From Malacoraja senta (taxonomy: Eukaryota), in contig JAXLNO010000235.1 in assembly GCA_038087875.1 (NCBI GenBank), positions 310,001 to 374,000 on the forward strand: a DNA stretch of 64,000 bases, read 5' to 3'. The position numbers were made by a program, and so were the translations under genes. Every line of letters begins with the position of its first letter. Positions within the stretch are counted from its first letter, which is position 1. Below the pieces are notes generated by a model, which saw only the letters and a list, made by a program, of their open reading frames with translations, did not search any database and was not told the DNA's origin. Positions 51,400 to 63,066 of the stretch are shown here, in pieces.

Positions 51400-53350
51400 A
51401 CAATGAACTGGATTTGATAAGGAAATTCGAGGTAAAGGAACCTTTAGTAGGTAGTGACCATAATATAATAAGTTTAAATCTACAATTTGAGAGGAAGAAG
51501 GGAAAATCGGAAGTATCAGTATTACAATTGAGCAAAGGGGACTGTGGAGCCATGAGGGAGGAGCTGGCCAAAGTTGACTCGAAAGATATCCCAGCAGGGA
51601 TGTCAGTGGAACAACAATGACAGGTATTTCTGGGAATAATACAGAGGGTGCAGGATCAGTTATTTCCAAAGAGGAAGAAAGATTCCAAGGGGAGTTAGGG
51701 GCGACTGTGGCTGACAAGGGAAGTCAGGGACAGTATCAAAATAAAAGAGAAGTATAACATAGCAAAGATGAGCTGGAAGCCAGAGGATTGAGAAACTTTT
51801 AAAGCACAACAGAAGATAACTAAAAAGGCAATACGGGGAGAAAAGATGAGGTACGAAGGTAAGCTCGCCAAGAATATAAAGGAGGATAGTAAAAGCTTCT
51901 TTAGGATTGTGAAGAGGAAATATTAGTTAAGACCAAAGTTGGACCCTTGAAGACTGAAACAGGTGAATTTATTATGGGGAACAAGGAAATGGCAGACGAG
52001 TTGAACAGGTACTTTGGATCCATCTTCAATAAGGAGGACACAAACAATCTCCTGATGTACTAGTGGCCAGAGGATCTAGGGCAGGGATGGGGAACCTGCG
52101 GCCTTAAAGCGCATGTGGCCTTCTAGGCCATTAAGTGCGGCCTTTCGAATGAATCCAGATTTTGTAGAACAAATCCTTTTATTTTTATTAATGTTTTTAT
52201 TCATCTTTTATTCTTTTTATTTTAATCTTAAAATGAACGTATTTAAAATACCAAATTAAAAGAAGATTCAACGAAATAATCCTCCCCGACACGCCCACAA
52301 TTAAAACATTACTAAGTCATGAGGGCTATTGTAACACGTGTTATGCTCATGATTTAGTTCTAATGTGACTCAAGACTCTAGAAAGCAGTCACAACAAAGT
52401 CATTGAAAGGTGAGTTAACTTTAGAATTAACAAACTTTTTTCATTTTCTTGAAGATAGTACATAGTAGGTAGATTTTTACCAAATAATGTACATTTTGAA
52501 GTATATCTAATTGAAGTTTCTTGGAGGCGGCCTGATTAAATTACAGCTAACTTAATGCGGCATTCCTACGTGAAAAGGTTCCCCACCCCTGATCTAGGGT
52601 ATCGGAGGAACTGAAGGAAATTCACATCAGGCAGGAAATGGTGTTGAATAGACTGATGGGACTGAAGGCTGATAAATCCCCAGGGCCTGATGGTCTGTAT
52701 CCCAAGGTACTTAAGGAAGTGGCTCTAGAAATCGTGGATGCATTGGTGATCATTTTCCAATGTTCTATAGATTCAGGATCAGTTCCTGTGGATTGGAGGG
52801 TAGCTAATGTTATCCCACTTTTAAGAAAGGCGGGAGAGAGAAAACAGGAAATTATAGACCAGTTAGCCTGACATCGGTGGTGGGGAAGATGCTGGAGTCA
52901 ATTATAAAAGATGAAATAGTGGCACATTTGGATAGCAGTAACAGGATCGGTCCGAGTCAGCATCGATTTACAAAGAGGAAATCATGCTTAACTAATCTTC
53001 TGGAATTTTTTGAGGATGTAACCAGGAAAATGGACAAGGGAGAGCAGGTAGATGTAGTGTTCCAGAACTTTCAGAAAGCATTTGATAAGGTCCCACATAA
53101 GAGAATAGTGGGCAAAATTAGAGCACATACTATTGGGGGTAGGGTACTGACATGGATAGAAAATTGGTTGGCAGACAGGAAACAAAGTGTAGGGATAAAC
53201 TGTTCTTTCAGAATGGCAGGCAGTGACTAGTGGGGTACCGCAAGGCTCGGTGCTGGGACCGCAGCTATTTACAATATAGATTAATGATTTAGATGAAGGG
53301 ATTAAAAGTAGCATTGGCAAATTTGCAGATGACACAAAGCTGGGTGGCCA
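51400..53350 (+). mobile_element. CR1 LINE ORF2 (end of endonuclease to RT), decayed
   Basis: GSDHN, KSPGPDG, WRVANVIPL, AFDKVPH, GVPQGSVLGP, FADD. Confidence 0.92.
52082..52591. mobile_element. hAT-type MITE nested in CR1
   Basis: TIRs cagggatggggaacct / aggttccccacccctg; 8 bp TSD atctaggg at 52074-52081 and 52592-52599. Confidence 0.92.
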
Positions 53351-53754
53351 TGATCGTATTGAATGGCGGCTCAAAAGGCCAAATGGCCTACTCCTGCGCC
53401 TATTGTTTATTGCCTATCTCTAAACATATAAATGCGCCATGATTTTTTGTGAAATTGTAAAATGTCTTTAATTTTCATTAGTGTTTCCTTATAGATGGGC
53501 TTTGTCAACTTAGTGTAGTGCTCTGTTTTACCTCATAGTCTGTGTGCCTCGAATAAGTATTGTTTGTCCATGACAACTCTGTTCTTCCCCTTATCTGCTG
53601 TTTTGATGATAATTTCCCTGTTGTCTTTCACCTCTCTTAGGATTTGGGTATTGTTAAGCCAAGTTTACAGCTGAGGAGGAGAGCCAGCATCTGGCTGATG
53701 GAGGGAAAAGACAAGGTCAGGTGAGCAAAGTTTTGTGAAAGTAGTCTTTTAATT

Positions 53755-54057
53755 GGAGCGGCGCACTGGCGCAACGGTAGTTGCTGCCTCACAGAGCCAG
53801 AGACCCGGGTTCGATCCTGACTACGGGTGCTTGTCTGTACTGAGTTTGTATGTTCTCCCCATGACCTGCATGGGTTTGCACCGAGTTCTCCGGTTTCTTC
53901 CCACACTCCAAAGACGTACAGGTTTGTAGGTTAATTGGCTTGGTGTATGTGTAAATTGTCCTTAGTGTGTGTAAGATACCGTTAATGTGCGGGGTGATCG
54001 CTGGTCGGCGCTGACTCTGTGGGCCGAAGGGCCTGGTTCCGCGCTGTATCTCTAAAC
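53755..54057 (+). mobile_element. V-SINE (HE1-like), full length
   Basis: A and B boxes (tggcgcaacgg, gggttcgatcc), core, tail gcgctgtatctctaaac. Confidence 0.87.
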
Positions 54058-54365
54058 ATAGAAAATAGGTGCAGGAGTAGGCCATTTGGCCCTTCCAGCC
54101 AGCACTGTCATTCAATCTGATCAGTGCTGATCATCCAAAATCAGTACCCCATTCCTGCTTTCTCCCCATATCCCTTGATTCCGATAGCCCTAAGAGCTAT
54201 ATCTTAAATGACCTACCCCATAGTCTTAAACTGTGACCCCTGGATCTGGACTCCCGCTACATCGGGAACAATTTTCCTGCATCCAGCCTGTCCTGTCCCT
54301 TAATAATTTTATATGTTTCTATAAGATCCCATCTCATCCTTCTAAATTCCAGTGAACATAAGCCA
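54058..54365 (-). mobile_element. CR1 3' fragment
   Basis: Reverse complement of the CR1 3' UTR and ORF2 end, with an internal deletion. Confidence 0.8.
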
Positions 54366-55284
54366 GGATAGCGTTGGTGTGGGGGGGATTGCTGGTCGGC
54401 GCAGACTCGGTAGGCCGAAGGGCCTGTTTCCGTGCTGTATCTCTAAACTAAACTAAACAGGATGGCTAGTGGTCAGTTTACAAGTTGCTCTGAGAAGCCT
54501 CCTGCCTTACACATCCACAATAATTCATTGTAGTTTGATACAAATTTTGGGTTGCATTTAGCTGTAAACTGGATGTGTTGGACTTTCAAAATGTTGATAG
54601 AAATAAAGTCTTTCGAAAGAGAGAAAACAATCCAGTCACAAAGTACTCTAAAAGCAACAATGGTGTGCTTGCCAGCTTTTGTAGCTGAAAGATGAGGTGC
54701 ATCCATTCACACCTCTATTCATTACAACCGTTCAGTGGCTGTGTTTCCCTTGGAGCGGCTGGCTTGCCTGTATTTGTGAGATGCAGGCTCTGTCTGCACA
54801 GGGCCTCAGATAGTTCATTCCTTTTCCACTCACTTTGTACTCTTCTCTGAGTTTTACGGTTGACGCTGTTATCAGACGACACACTGGACTCTGCCAAGTT
54901 AAGGGTGCAATCCCATTCTCCAAACCTATCTCATTGTAACTGATACAAATGAGTGTCGAATATTAGGTTTGTGTGTGTGCAATGGAGTTAAAAATGAGTT
55001 TTCTTTCATTTCAGCAATTGATATTTTAAATGAAAAGATACATTTCGGACCAAAAATGCAACTGAATCTTCCAGGAATGAGAAACGTATAATAAACAAAT
55101 CTTCAGCAAATTGTTCAAAATCCCAATTACCGGCTCTGCGAATGAAGTCACCACATTCGGGGTGATGTCGGTCGGTCAGAAGAGAGAGAGAGAGAGAGAG
55201 AGTGAGCTGCACATGAACCACAGCGAGCACCACACTGCTAAGGTATGACTGACTGACTCTCTGACGGGGGCAGGGGAGAATTTT

Positions 55285-56283
55285 GCTTTTTTTTTAAAAT
55301 TTCAAAATAGACTTTATTCAGGTAATAAATATATACAATACATGAACCATGCGAAGAATTCATCCGACATTTTCGGAGGCTATACAAATAGTTCAATGCA
55401 GCTTATATACATTTCTCAAATTTCACAAATCTGTCCCCCATCCGTGCCACTCATGTGGCCCCCTGGCATGGGATACCTTCCCTTATTTTGAGTGGCGTCT
55501 CCACCATACCGTGCCCCCCATGTCCAGCAGCGGAAGGACCCTAGACTGTGGCCCGAGCCTTGGCGTTGGCTACACCGAGCTTCAGTGCGTCCCTCAGCAC
55601 GTACTCCTGCAGTCTGCAGCGGGCCAGTCAGCAACATTTCCTGACGGACATCTCGCTCTGCTGGGTGGTGAACAACGCTCGGGCAGACCAAAGAGCGACT
55701 TTCATCGAGTTGATGACCCTCCTGCAGCACTCGATGTCAGTCTCTGAATGTGTCCCTGGGAACAGTCCGTAAATCACAGAGTCCTTGGCTCTACACTCCG
55801 CCTGATGCAGCCACACACAAAGGTGGCCATCAGGGCGAGGGCGACGTTGGGCACGCTTTTACCCCCGTTCTCTGCTGACTTGTACATTGTGGCCCGTTGC
55901 ACCCGGTCTATCCTCGACCCCCAGATGAACTGGAAGACGGCCCGGGTAATCCCTGTGGTGTAGGAGGGAGGGACAGGCCACACTTGCGCCAAGTACAGCA
56001 GCCCCGAGAGCACCTCACACTTGATGACCCCATTTTTTCTGGTTATGGAGAGGGAGCGTTGCCTCCACAGCTCCAGCTTCCCCACCTTGGCTATCCGCTC
56101 CAGCCAATTCTTGTTACTCGCCTCAGCCCCTCCAAACCAGATCCCCAGCACCTTCAAGAAGTCAGGCTTGATGGTGAAGGGGTCGGAAGATCGGTCGGGC
56201 CAGTTGCCAAAGAGCATGGCCTCGCTCTTCCTGCGGTTCACCCTGGCTCCCGTGGCCGACTCAAACTGGTCGCAAATACTAAT
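55285..56283 (-). mobile_element. Tx1-like (L1 clade) LINE 3' portion
   Basis: NRRKSEAMLFGNW..LKVLGIWFG..NWLERIAKV..VFQFIWG..KVALWSAR; aataaa and A-rich tail. Confidence 0.82.
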
Positions 56284-56499
56284 TGTAAAGGAGCTGAGTC
56301 TGACTCACTTGTAGCTTTACTTAACGTTTAATAATAAGACAGGTTAAACACTTTCCAGCACTGACTGCACCCAGTCTGTCATCATGCTCGAACCAAGGGA
56401 GGAGCACACGGGAGATAGAGTTCTTATACTTGATAACTAAGGCGTGGTTAGTGGTACTGAGGTAGCTATATTATTGGTTGCATGCATAAACCATCTACA
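56284..56499 (-). repeat. Gypsy 3' LTR (216 bp)
   Basis: TG..CA ends; preceded on the minus strand by PPT aagggtaagga. Confidence 0.93.
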
Positions 56500-56569
56500 T
56501 CCTTACCCTTACAATCAAATGCACATGGAGGCAATCAGGATAGTGCTATTACAATAAACGTGCGAATTT

Positions 56570-59500
56570 AGACAAAGTCGCCGTAGCGGACAGGCGGCTT
56601 AACAATGCGACCCGAACGCGTACGTACAACACCTTCCCCCCCCCCCCCCTATCAGAAAGAAGAGAAGCCGTAGCGGAGGCAGGCAGGAAAGTCAAGGGAG
56701 GGGGAGATGCAGCCAGAGCGGGAGCGGGAGAGATAGGCGGGGAAGGACGTGCAGGAGGTGACAGCGACCGGCCAAGACCAGGAGGCAGCGAAACAGGAGA
56801 CCGCAATAAGCGAGGGGAATGGGGCATGCATGGAGCAGCAGGGTGATCAGCGGCAGCAGGTGGAAACGACAACGGAGGAGCATAAGGAGCCGCAGGAGGA
56901 GGCTTTGGCTCGTTGACGGCCAACAGGTGCTGACGGCTGCGTCGGTAGGTAGTCCCTTCGTAATCCACCAGGTACGATCTTGGAGAGTCGTCCACGCCAG
57001 TCACCATCGCGAGGCGGGAATAGCCGGTGGTGGTCCGCATCCGAACGACCTGCCCGGGTAGCAGAGGCAGCAGAGGGCGGCAGGACCTGTCGTGGGAACG
57101 CCGTTGAACACCATGTTTATGATCGATCCGTCTTTGGACTGTGGTAGGATCGAACACATTGGGTATCAGGGACTGCTGGGCGATGGGCATAGGTGGTCTT
57201 GTCACTCGGGACATCAGACGTTGGGCAGGGGAACCCATAAGCGGGTCCCGTGAAACGTTACGTAGGTTAAGTAAGTCCAGGTAAAAATCGCTGTTTGACA
57301 GGCGGGACTGCTCCATCAGGCCCTTAGCACTCCGCACGGCCCGTTTGGCCAGGCCGTTACTCTGAGGGTACTCCGGGCTGCTGGTGCAGTGATAGAAGTT
57401 CCACCTTGCAGCGAAAGCTTTGAACTCGGCACTTGTGAATTGCGGTCCATTGTCAGTCTGTAAGCGGACAGGGACGCCGTGGATGCGAAATGCTCACGCA
57501 TCTTTGCCATGACCCTCCCGGAGGTGGCGGACGGAAGGTGGTCAATCTCGAACCAATTGGAGAATGAGTCCACCAGGACGAGAAAGTGCTTACCCCGCCA
57601 TTCGAATATGTCAGCAGCCAGCGATGTCCAAGGCATGGCTGGCGCCAGCTGCTGCAGAAGTGGTTGACGCTGCTGGTGTGGGGTAAGGTTGTTGCAGGAG
57701 GCACAGGAGGACACCCGGTTCCTGATGTAGTTGGCCATGCCAGGCCAGTAGAACTGTCCTTGGGCATGAGAAACAGTGGCCTCGATTCCTGGATGACCAC
57801 TGTGGGCTGCGTTGTAGTATAGATCGTATAGAGAGGCTGGGACCATAACTTTGTGGCCTTTGACGATAACCCCATCCTGGATCACCAGCTCGTCACGGAC
57901 CAGGAAGAATGGTTGTGCGCCCGATGGCAAATTGGTACGTTTGACGGGCCACCCGCGCTTGATGATGGCAGCCAGCTGCTGCAGTGCGGGGTCCGCGGCG
58001 GTGTGCTCGATCAAGCTCTGTAGCTGCTTGGTTGGAACAAAGTTGACATTAAGTATGAGTAGGTTTTCCTGCTCGTAAGGGTGGCGGTCACAGGATGCCC
58101 GTGGGGTGCGAGAAAGTGTGTCAGCAACATGCATCTCCGTTCCCTTCTTGTATGTGATATCAAAATCAAAACGCTGGAGTTGCAGCATCATACGTTGTAG
58201 TCTGGCAGGGGCAACATGTATGGGTTTGTTAAGAATGGCTACCAGTGGCTGGTGGTCGGTCTCGACTGTGAATCTACAGCCAAAGAGAAAGTCTTTGAAT
58301 TTGGAACAAGCAAACACCACAGCCAGGAGCTCCTTCTCGATCTGAGCATATCGTTGCTCCGTGTCGGTCATGGTCCGAGAGGCATACGAGACCGGTAGCA
58401 GGGAGCCGTCGCCGTAGAGCTGCAGGCAAGCAGCACCCAGTCCGAAACGAGAGGCATCACAGGTCACAACAATGGGACGGTGCAGGTCGAAGAATTTGAG
58501 TGTTGGGGTGCTGATCAGCTTAGACTTCAGACATTCGAAAGCCTGCTGGTGTTGTGGAAACCAGGACCAGGCGATGCCTTTCTTAGTTAGTTGTCTCAGG
58601 GATGAGCTCAGCTCACTGAGATTCGGTATAAACTTCCCGAGGTAGTTGACCATGCCCAGGAATCGTTGTAGACCAAGCACGTCAGTTGGGGCTGGCATCT
58701 CGGAGATTGCAATAGTCTTTTGCGGGTTGGGTTTCAGTCCATTGGAAGTGAAGATGTGCCCGACGTACGGCACCTCCGAGACACGGAACCGGCATTTATT
58801 CTTGTTCAGTTTTAAGTTGATCTGCCGGGCACAGTCCAGGACTCTGCGGAGGTTCTTATCATGTTCGGTGGCATTCTCCCCGTAAACTAGGATGTCGTCA
58901 ACGATGATGGCGCATGGCATGCCAGTGAACAGCTGTTCCATGGATCGCTGAAACACTTCACTGGCAGAGTTAATACCGAATGGCATCCGTAGAAACTTAA
59001 ATCTGCCATAGGGAGTGGAAAAAGTTGTCAGGTCGGAGGAGCGCTTATCGTGTGGTATTTGCCAGAAAGAGCATTTAGCATCAAGGACAGAAAAGACCGT
59101 AGCCTGGCCGACCTGGGCTGCGACGTGCTCTACGGCTCTCATGGGGTAGTGTGGCCGCCTGATCGCGAGGTTCAGGTCTTTGGGGTTGATACACACCCGT
59201 ATCTCGTTTTTGTCCTTTTTCAGGGTAGCAACCATGGTGGAGACCCACTCAGTGGGCTCGCTCACTGCTTCCAGTAACCATGCTCTTCAGCATCGCTTCC
59301 ACTTTATCCTTTAAAGCAAGGGATACTCTGTGTGGTGCACGGACCACTGGCACCACTTTGGGGTCGGTGACAATCTTGTAGACAAGAGGCAGTTTGCCCA
59401 GCTCATTATCAAACAGGTCCGGGTACTCGGATAACGGATCCATTGGCAACTGTATTTCGTGGACAGTACGGTCGAAGGACACTAGTCCCAGGTCTTGGCA

Positions 59501-60008
59501 TGCCTGGTTGCCCAACAGTCATACAATCAGAATCCAGAACATAAAACATGAGGGGCCACGATGACTTCTGCAGCACACAATTAAAAGTTGCCTTTCCCAC
59601 AGGTTTCAGTACCTCGCCCCCATAGGCACGTAAGGTCGAACAGTCTGAAGTCAGTGGCTCATTATGTCTAATCTTTCTGAACAGGTTTGTTGACATAACA
59701 TTGACTTTTGCCCCCGTGTCGAGTTTGGCTGTGAACGGACAGTTGTTGACGGTAACGAGGACCGATGGATCGGGGAGGCGAGCAGGTGCGTGTAGGAGTG
59801 TAAATACACTAGCATCTCCTTGAGAACTAATTGCCTCAGAGTCGTGGGCAGTGTCGAGAGAGGACTGGGAACCAAAATTGCTATCAACTTGTGCTAGGTT
59901 GTTTAATACTTGTCTAGGAACAGGTGGTAGGTTCCCACGGGAACGGCAAGCCGCCGAGAAGTGATTCAATCTCTTGCAGAAATTACATGATTTACCATAA
60001 CCGGACAC
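56570..60008 (-). pseudogene. pol: Gypsy pol (protease-RT-RNaseH-integrase) with several frameshifts
   Basis: ORFs 59409..60008, 59249..59515, 57316..59265 and 56549..57337. Confidence 0.93.
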
Positions 60009-60294
60009 TGCGATTGCATTGAATGTACATAGTTACAATTAGGGCACCTTTTAACCACCCGTCCTCCGGGGCCATAACCTGCCCGCGGCGCGGGTCTAGC
60101 GTTGTCTATTTTGGGACGTGGTCTGTTGAGACCAGTTAAATTGACCGATCGACCAACAGTGCCCCTTTGTCCGAACAACGGGTCAACGACTTCAGCCAAC
60201 CTGCATGCATGCATTGCGTCTGTCAGAGTAAGATTCGGCCTCCTTAGTAGCTCGGATCGCAGTTTCTGATCCAGCATACCTGTCACTAAAATGT

Positions 60295-62330
60295 GTTAAA
60301 GAAGGAACTGCAGATGCTGGAAAATCGAAGGTACACAAAAATGCTGGAGAAACTCAGCGGGTGCAGCAGCATCTATGGAGCGAAGGAAATAGGTAACGTT
60401 TCGGGCCGAAACCCTTCTTCAGACTGATAGGGGGTGGGGAGAAGAAAGGAAAAAAGGAAAAGGAGGAGGAGGAGCCCGAGGGTTGGGGGAGGGGAGGAGA
60501 CAACCAGATGGCTGATGAAGGGGAGGGGACAGCCAGGGCTAGCAGAATTGGGAGAATTCAACGTTCAGGCCACCAGGGTGTAGACTGCCCAAGCGGAATA
60601 TGAGGTGCATTTCCTCCAATTTACGGTGTTGCTCGCTGTGGCCATGGAGGAGACCCAGGACAGAGAGGTCAGATACGGAATGGGAGGGGGAGTTGAAGTG
60701 CTGAGCCACCGGGAGTTCAGGTTGGTTATTGCGGACCGACCGGAGGTGTTCGGCGAAACGATCGCCAAGCCTCCGCTTGGTCTCACCGATGTAGATCAGC
60801 TGGCATCTAGAGCAGCGAATGCAATAGATGAGGTTGGAGGAGATGCAGGTGAACCTCTGTCGCACCTGGAACGACTGCTTGGGTCCTGGAATGGAGTGGA
60901 GGGGGGAAGTGAAGGGACAAGTGTTGCATCTCTTGCGGTTGCAAGGGAAAGTACCAGGGGAGGGGGTGGTATGGGAGGGAAGGGAAGAATTGACAAGGGA
61001 GTTACGGAGGGAGCGGTCTTTGCGGAAGGCAGACATAGGGGGAGATGGGAAGATGTGGCGAGTGGTGGGGTCACGTTGGAGGTGGCGAAACTGACGGAGG
61101 ATCACTTGTTGTATGTGACGGCTGGTGGGGTGAAAGGTGAGGACTAGGGGGACTCTGCCTTTGTTGTGAGTGGGGGGATGGGGAGAGAGAGCAGTGTTGC
61201 GGGGTATGGCAGAGACCCTGGTGCGAGCCTCATCTATGGTGGAGGAGGGGAACCCCCGTTCCCTGAAGAATGAGGACATTTCAGATGCCCTGGTGTGGAA
61301 CGCCTCATCCTGGGAGCAGATGCGGCGTAGACGGAGGAATTGGGAGTGGGGGATGGAGTCCTTACAGGAAGCAGGGTGGGAAGAAGTGTAGTCCAGATAG
61401 CCATGGGAGTCGGTAGGTTTGTAGTGGATGTCGGTAAGGAGTCTATCACCTGCGATGGAGATAGTGAGGTCAAGGAATGGTAGGGAAGTGTCGGAAATGG
61501 TCCAGGTGTATTTAAGTGCCGGATGGAAGTTGGTGGTGAAGCGGATGAAGTCAGTCAGTTGTGTGTGGGTGCAGGATGTGGCACCAAAACAATCATCGAT
61601 GTAGCGGAGGTAGAGGTCGGGGATGGGGCCCTGGTACGCATTGAACAGGGATTGTTCTACGTACCCGACAAAGAGGCAGGCGTAGCTGGGGCCCATGCGT
61701 GTGCCCATAGCTACGCCTTGTATTTGGAGGAAATGGGAGGAGTCGAATGAAAAGTTATTAAGTGTAAGTACCAGCTCCGCTAGGCGGAGGAGGGTGTCAG
61801 TGGCCGGGTATAGATTGCTTCTCCGGTCGAGGAAAAAACGGAGGGCTTTGAGACCATCCTGGTGGGGGATGGAGGTGTACAGTGACTGGACGTCCATGGT
61901 GAAGATGAGGGGGTGAGGGCCTAGAGAGTGGAATGCGCGGAGATGACGGAGAGTGTCTGAGGTGTCTTGAACATAGGTGGGGAGGGATTTAACCAAGGGG
62001 GATAGTATGGAGTCGAGGTAGGTGGAGATGAGTTCGGTGGGGCAAGAACAGGCAGAGACAATGGGTCTACCGGGACAGTCAGGTTTGTGGATTTTGGGGA
62101 GAAGGTAAAAGCGGGCTGTGCGGGGCTGGGGAACGATGAGGTTGGAGGCTCGTTCGGGCAGGGCGTGGGAGTGGATGAAGTTGGTGATGGTGCTGGAGAT
62201 GGTGGCCTGGTGCTCGTCAGTGGGGTCATGGTCCAGGGGTAAGTAGGAAGAGGTGTCCGAGAGTTGGCGCGTGGCCTCAGCTTTGTAGAGGTCGACGCGC
62301 CAGACTACCACGGCACCTCCCTTGTCGGCG
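60295..62330 (-). mobile_element. Penelope-like element (Neptune-like), 5'-truncated, young
   Basis: Uninterrupted ORF from the DKGG motif through RT and GIY-YIG; Cys linker CNRKRCNTC; 3' terminal repeat. Confidence 0.95.
60391..60426 (-). ncRNA. Minimal hammerhead ribozyme motif in the Penelope terminal repeat
   Basis: CUGAAGA-A-GGG(uuucgg)CCC-GAAAC-GUU with loop-less palindromic stem III; stem I is weak in this copy. Confidence 0.65.
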
Positions 62331-62347
62331 GTAAGCTGGTCAGTCAT
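60539..62347 (-). CDS. Penelope RT plus GIY-YIG endonuclease, 602 aa, starting at a Gypsy gag-derived ATG
   Basis: PKIHK, GRPIVS, MDVQSLYTSI, QGVAMG, YIDD, LIYCIRC..YIGET..R; first 6 residues MTDQLT come from Gypsy Gag. Confidence 0.85.
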   Translation of the reverse strand: MTDQLTADKGGAVVVWRVDLYKAEATRQLSDTSSYLPLDHDPTDEHQATISSTITNFIHSHALPERASNLIVPQPRTARFYLLPKIHKPDCPGRPIVSACSCPTELISTYLDSILSPLVKSLPTYVQDTSDTLRHLRAFHSLGPHPLIFTMDVQSLYTSIPHQDGLKALRFFLDRRSNLYPATDTLLRLAELVLTLNNFSFDSSHFLQIQGVAMGTRMGPSYACLFVGYVEQSLFNAYQGPIPDLYLRYIDDCFGATSCTHTQLTDFIRFTTNFHPALKYTWTISDTSLPFLDLTISIAGDRLLTDIHYKPTDSHGYLDYTSSHPASCKDSIPHSQFLRLRRICSQDEAFHTRASEMSSFFRERGFPSSTIDEARTRVSAIPRNTALSPHPPTHNKGRVPLVLTFHPTSRHIQQVILRQFRHLQRDPTTRHIFPSPPMSAFRKDRSLRNSLVNSSLPSHTTPSPGTFPCNRKRCNTCPFTSPLHSIPGPKQSFQVRQRFTCISSNLIYCIRCSRCQLIYIGETKRRLGDRFAEHLRSVRNNQPELPVAQHFNSPSHSVSDLSVLGLLHGHSEQHRKLEEMHLIFRLGSLHPGGLNVEFSQFC

Positions 62348-62770
62348 GTTTTCAAATTGGCACCTCTGCGCGAGATAGCGCAGATCCGCAATAAAGCATT
62401 CAACAGGTTCGTCGGGCTGTTGTTATCTCGTGAAAAACTTTGCTCGCTCTAAAATACGGTTCGAGGGCAAGTCGCAAATTTCGGCAAATTTTCGCAATAG
62501 ACATACTGGGTCGTTTGCAGACTCCGCAGGTACCTGAATCAGGTCGTTCGCATCCCGGACCTCGGGATCATAGGCAAAGGCTCGCGCTCTCCTCATGGCA
62601 TCTGGACCCGCAAGGTTCAGTAGGAGAGAAGCTTTAACAATATCAGGATCGTTGCGATGCACGATATTGATGTAATGAGTGAAGTCCATTTCAAAAGTCG
62701 CCCAGCGTTCAGCTATGTCAGCATCAAAGACCAGGGGCGAGGGCTTGCGGCACGAGGATGCCATGGCCAA
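62331..62770 (-). pseudogene. gag: Gypsy gag N-terminal half (one in-frame TAA at 62423-62425)
   Basis: ERWATFEMDF..LLNLAGPDA..ERAKFFTR*QQPDEPVECFIADLRYLAQRCQF; continues ILVTGMLDQKL at 60294. Confidence 0.88.
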
Positions 62771-62842
62771 AAAGTCACAAAACTCCGATAAAGCAACACT
62801 TGTAAAGAAAAAAAAACACGATATACAGGAGGCGCGCGTTTA

Positions 62843-62857
62843 AACTTGCTGACACCA
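62843..62857 (-). promoter_or_regulatory. Gypsy primer binding site (tRNA-Leu-like)
   Basis: TGGTGTCAGCAAG directly after the 5' LTR terminal CA. Confidence 0.75.
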
Positions 62858-63066
62858 TGTAAAGAAGCTGAGTCTGACTCACTTTACTTAACGTTTAATG
62901 ATAAGACAGGTTAAACACTTTCCAGCACTGACTGCACCCAGTCTGTCATCATGCTGGAACCAAGGGAGGAGCACACGGGAGATAGAGTTCTTATACTTGA
63001 TAACTAAGGCGTGGTTAGTGGTACTGAGGTAGCTATATTATTGGTTGCATGCATAAACCATCTACA
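62858..63066 (-). repeat. Gypsy 5' LTR (209 bp)
   Basis: Matches 56284-56499 apart from about 3 substitutions and a 7 bp indel. Confidence 0.93.

Larger units (their letters stand above)
56284..63066 (-). mobile_element. Ty3/Gypsy LTR retrotransposon (Mag-like), frameshifted, with nested Penelope
   Basis: Two LTRs, PBS, PPT; gag, protease (LDTGA), RT (VDD), RNase H and integrase in Gypsy order. Confidence 0.96.

Noticed and set aside
54465..54600. GQFTSCSEKPPALHIHNN..DT as the end of a V domain
   Set aside because: Needs a stop and a frameshift and lacks YxC; too weak to report
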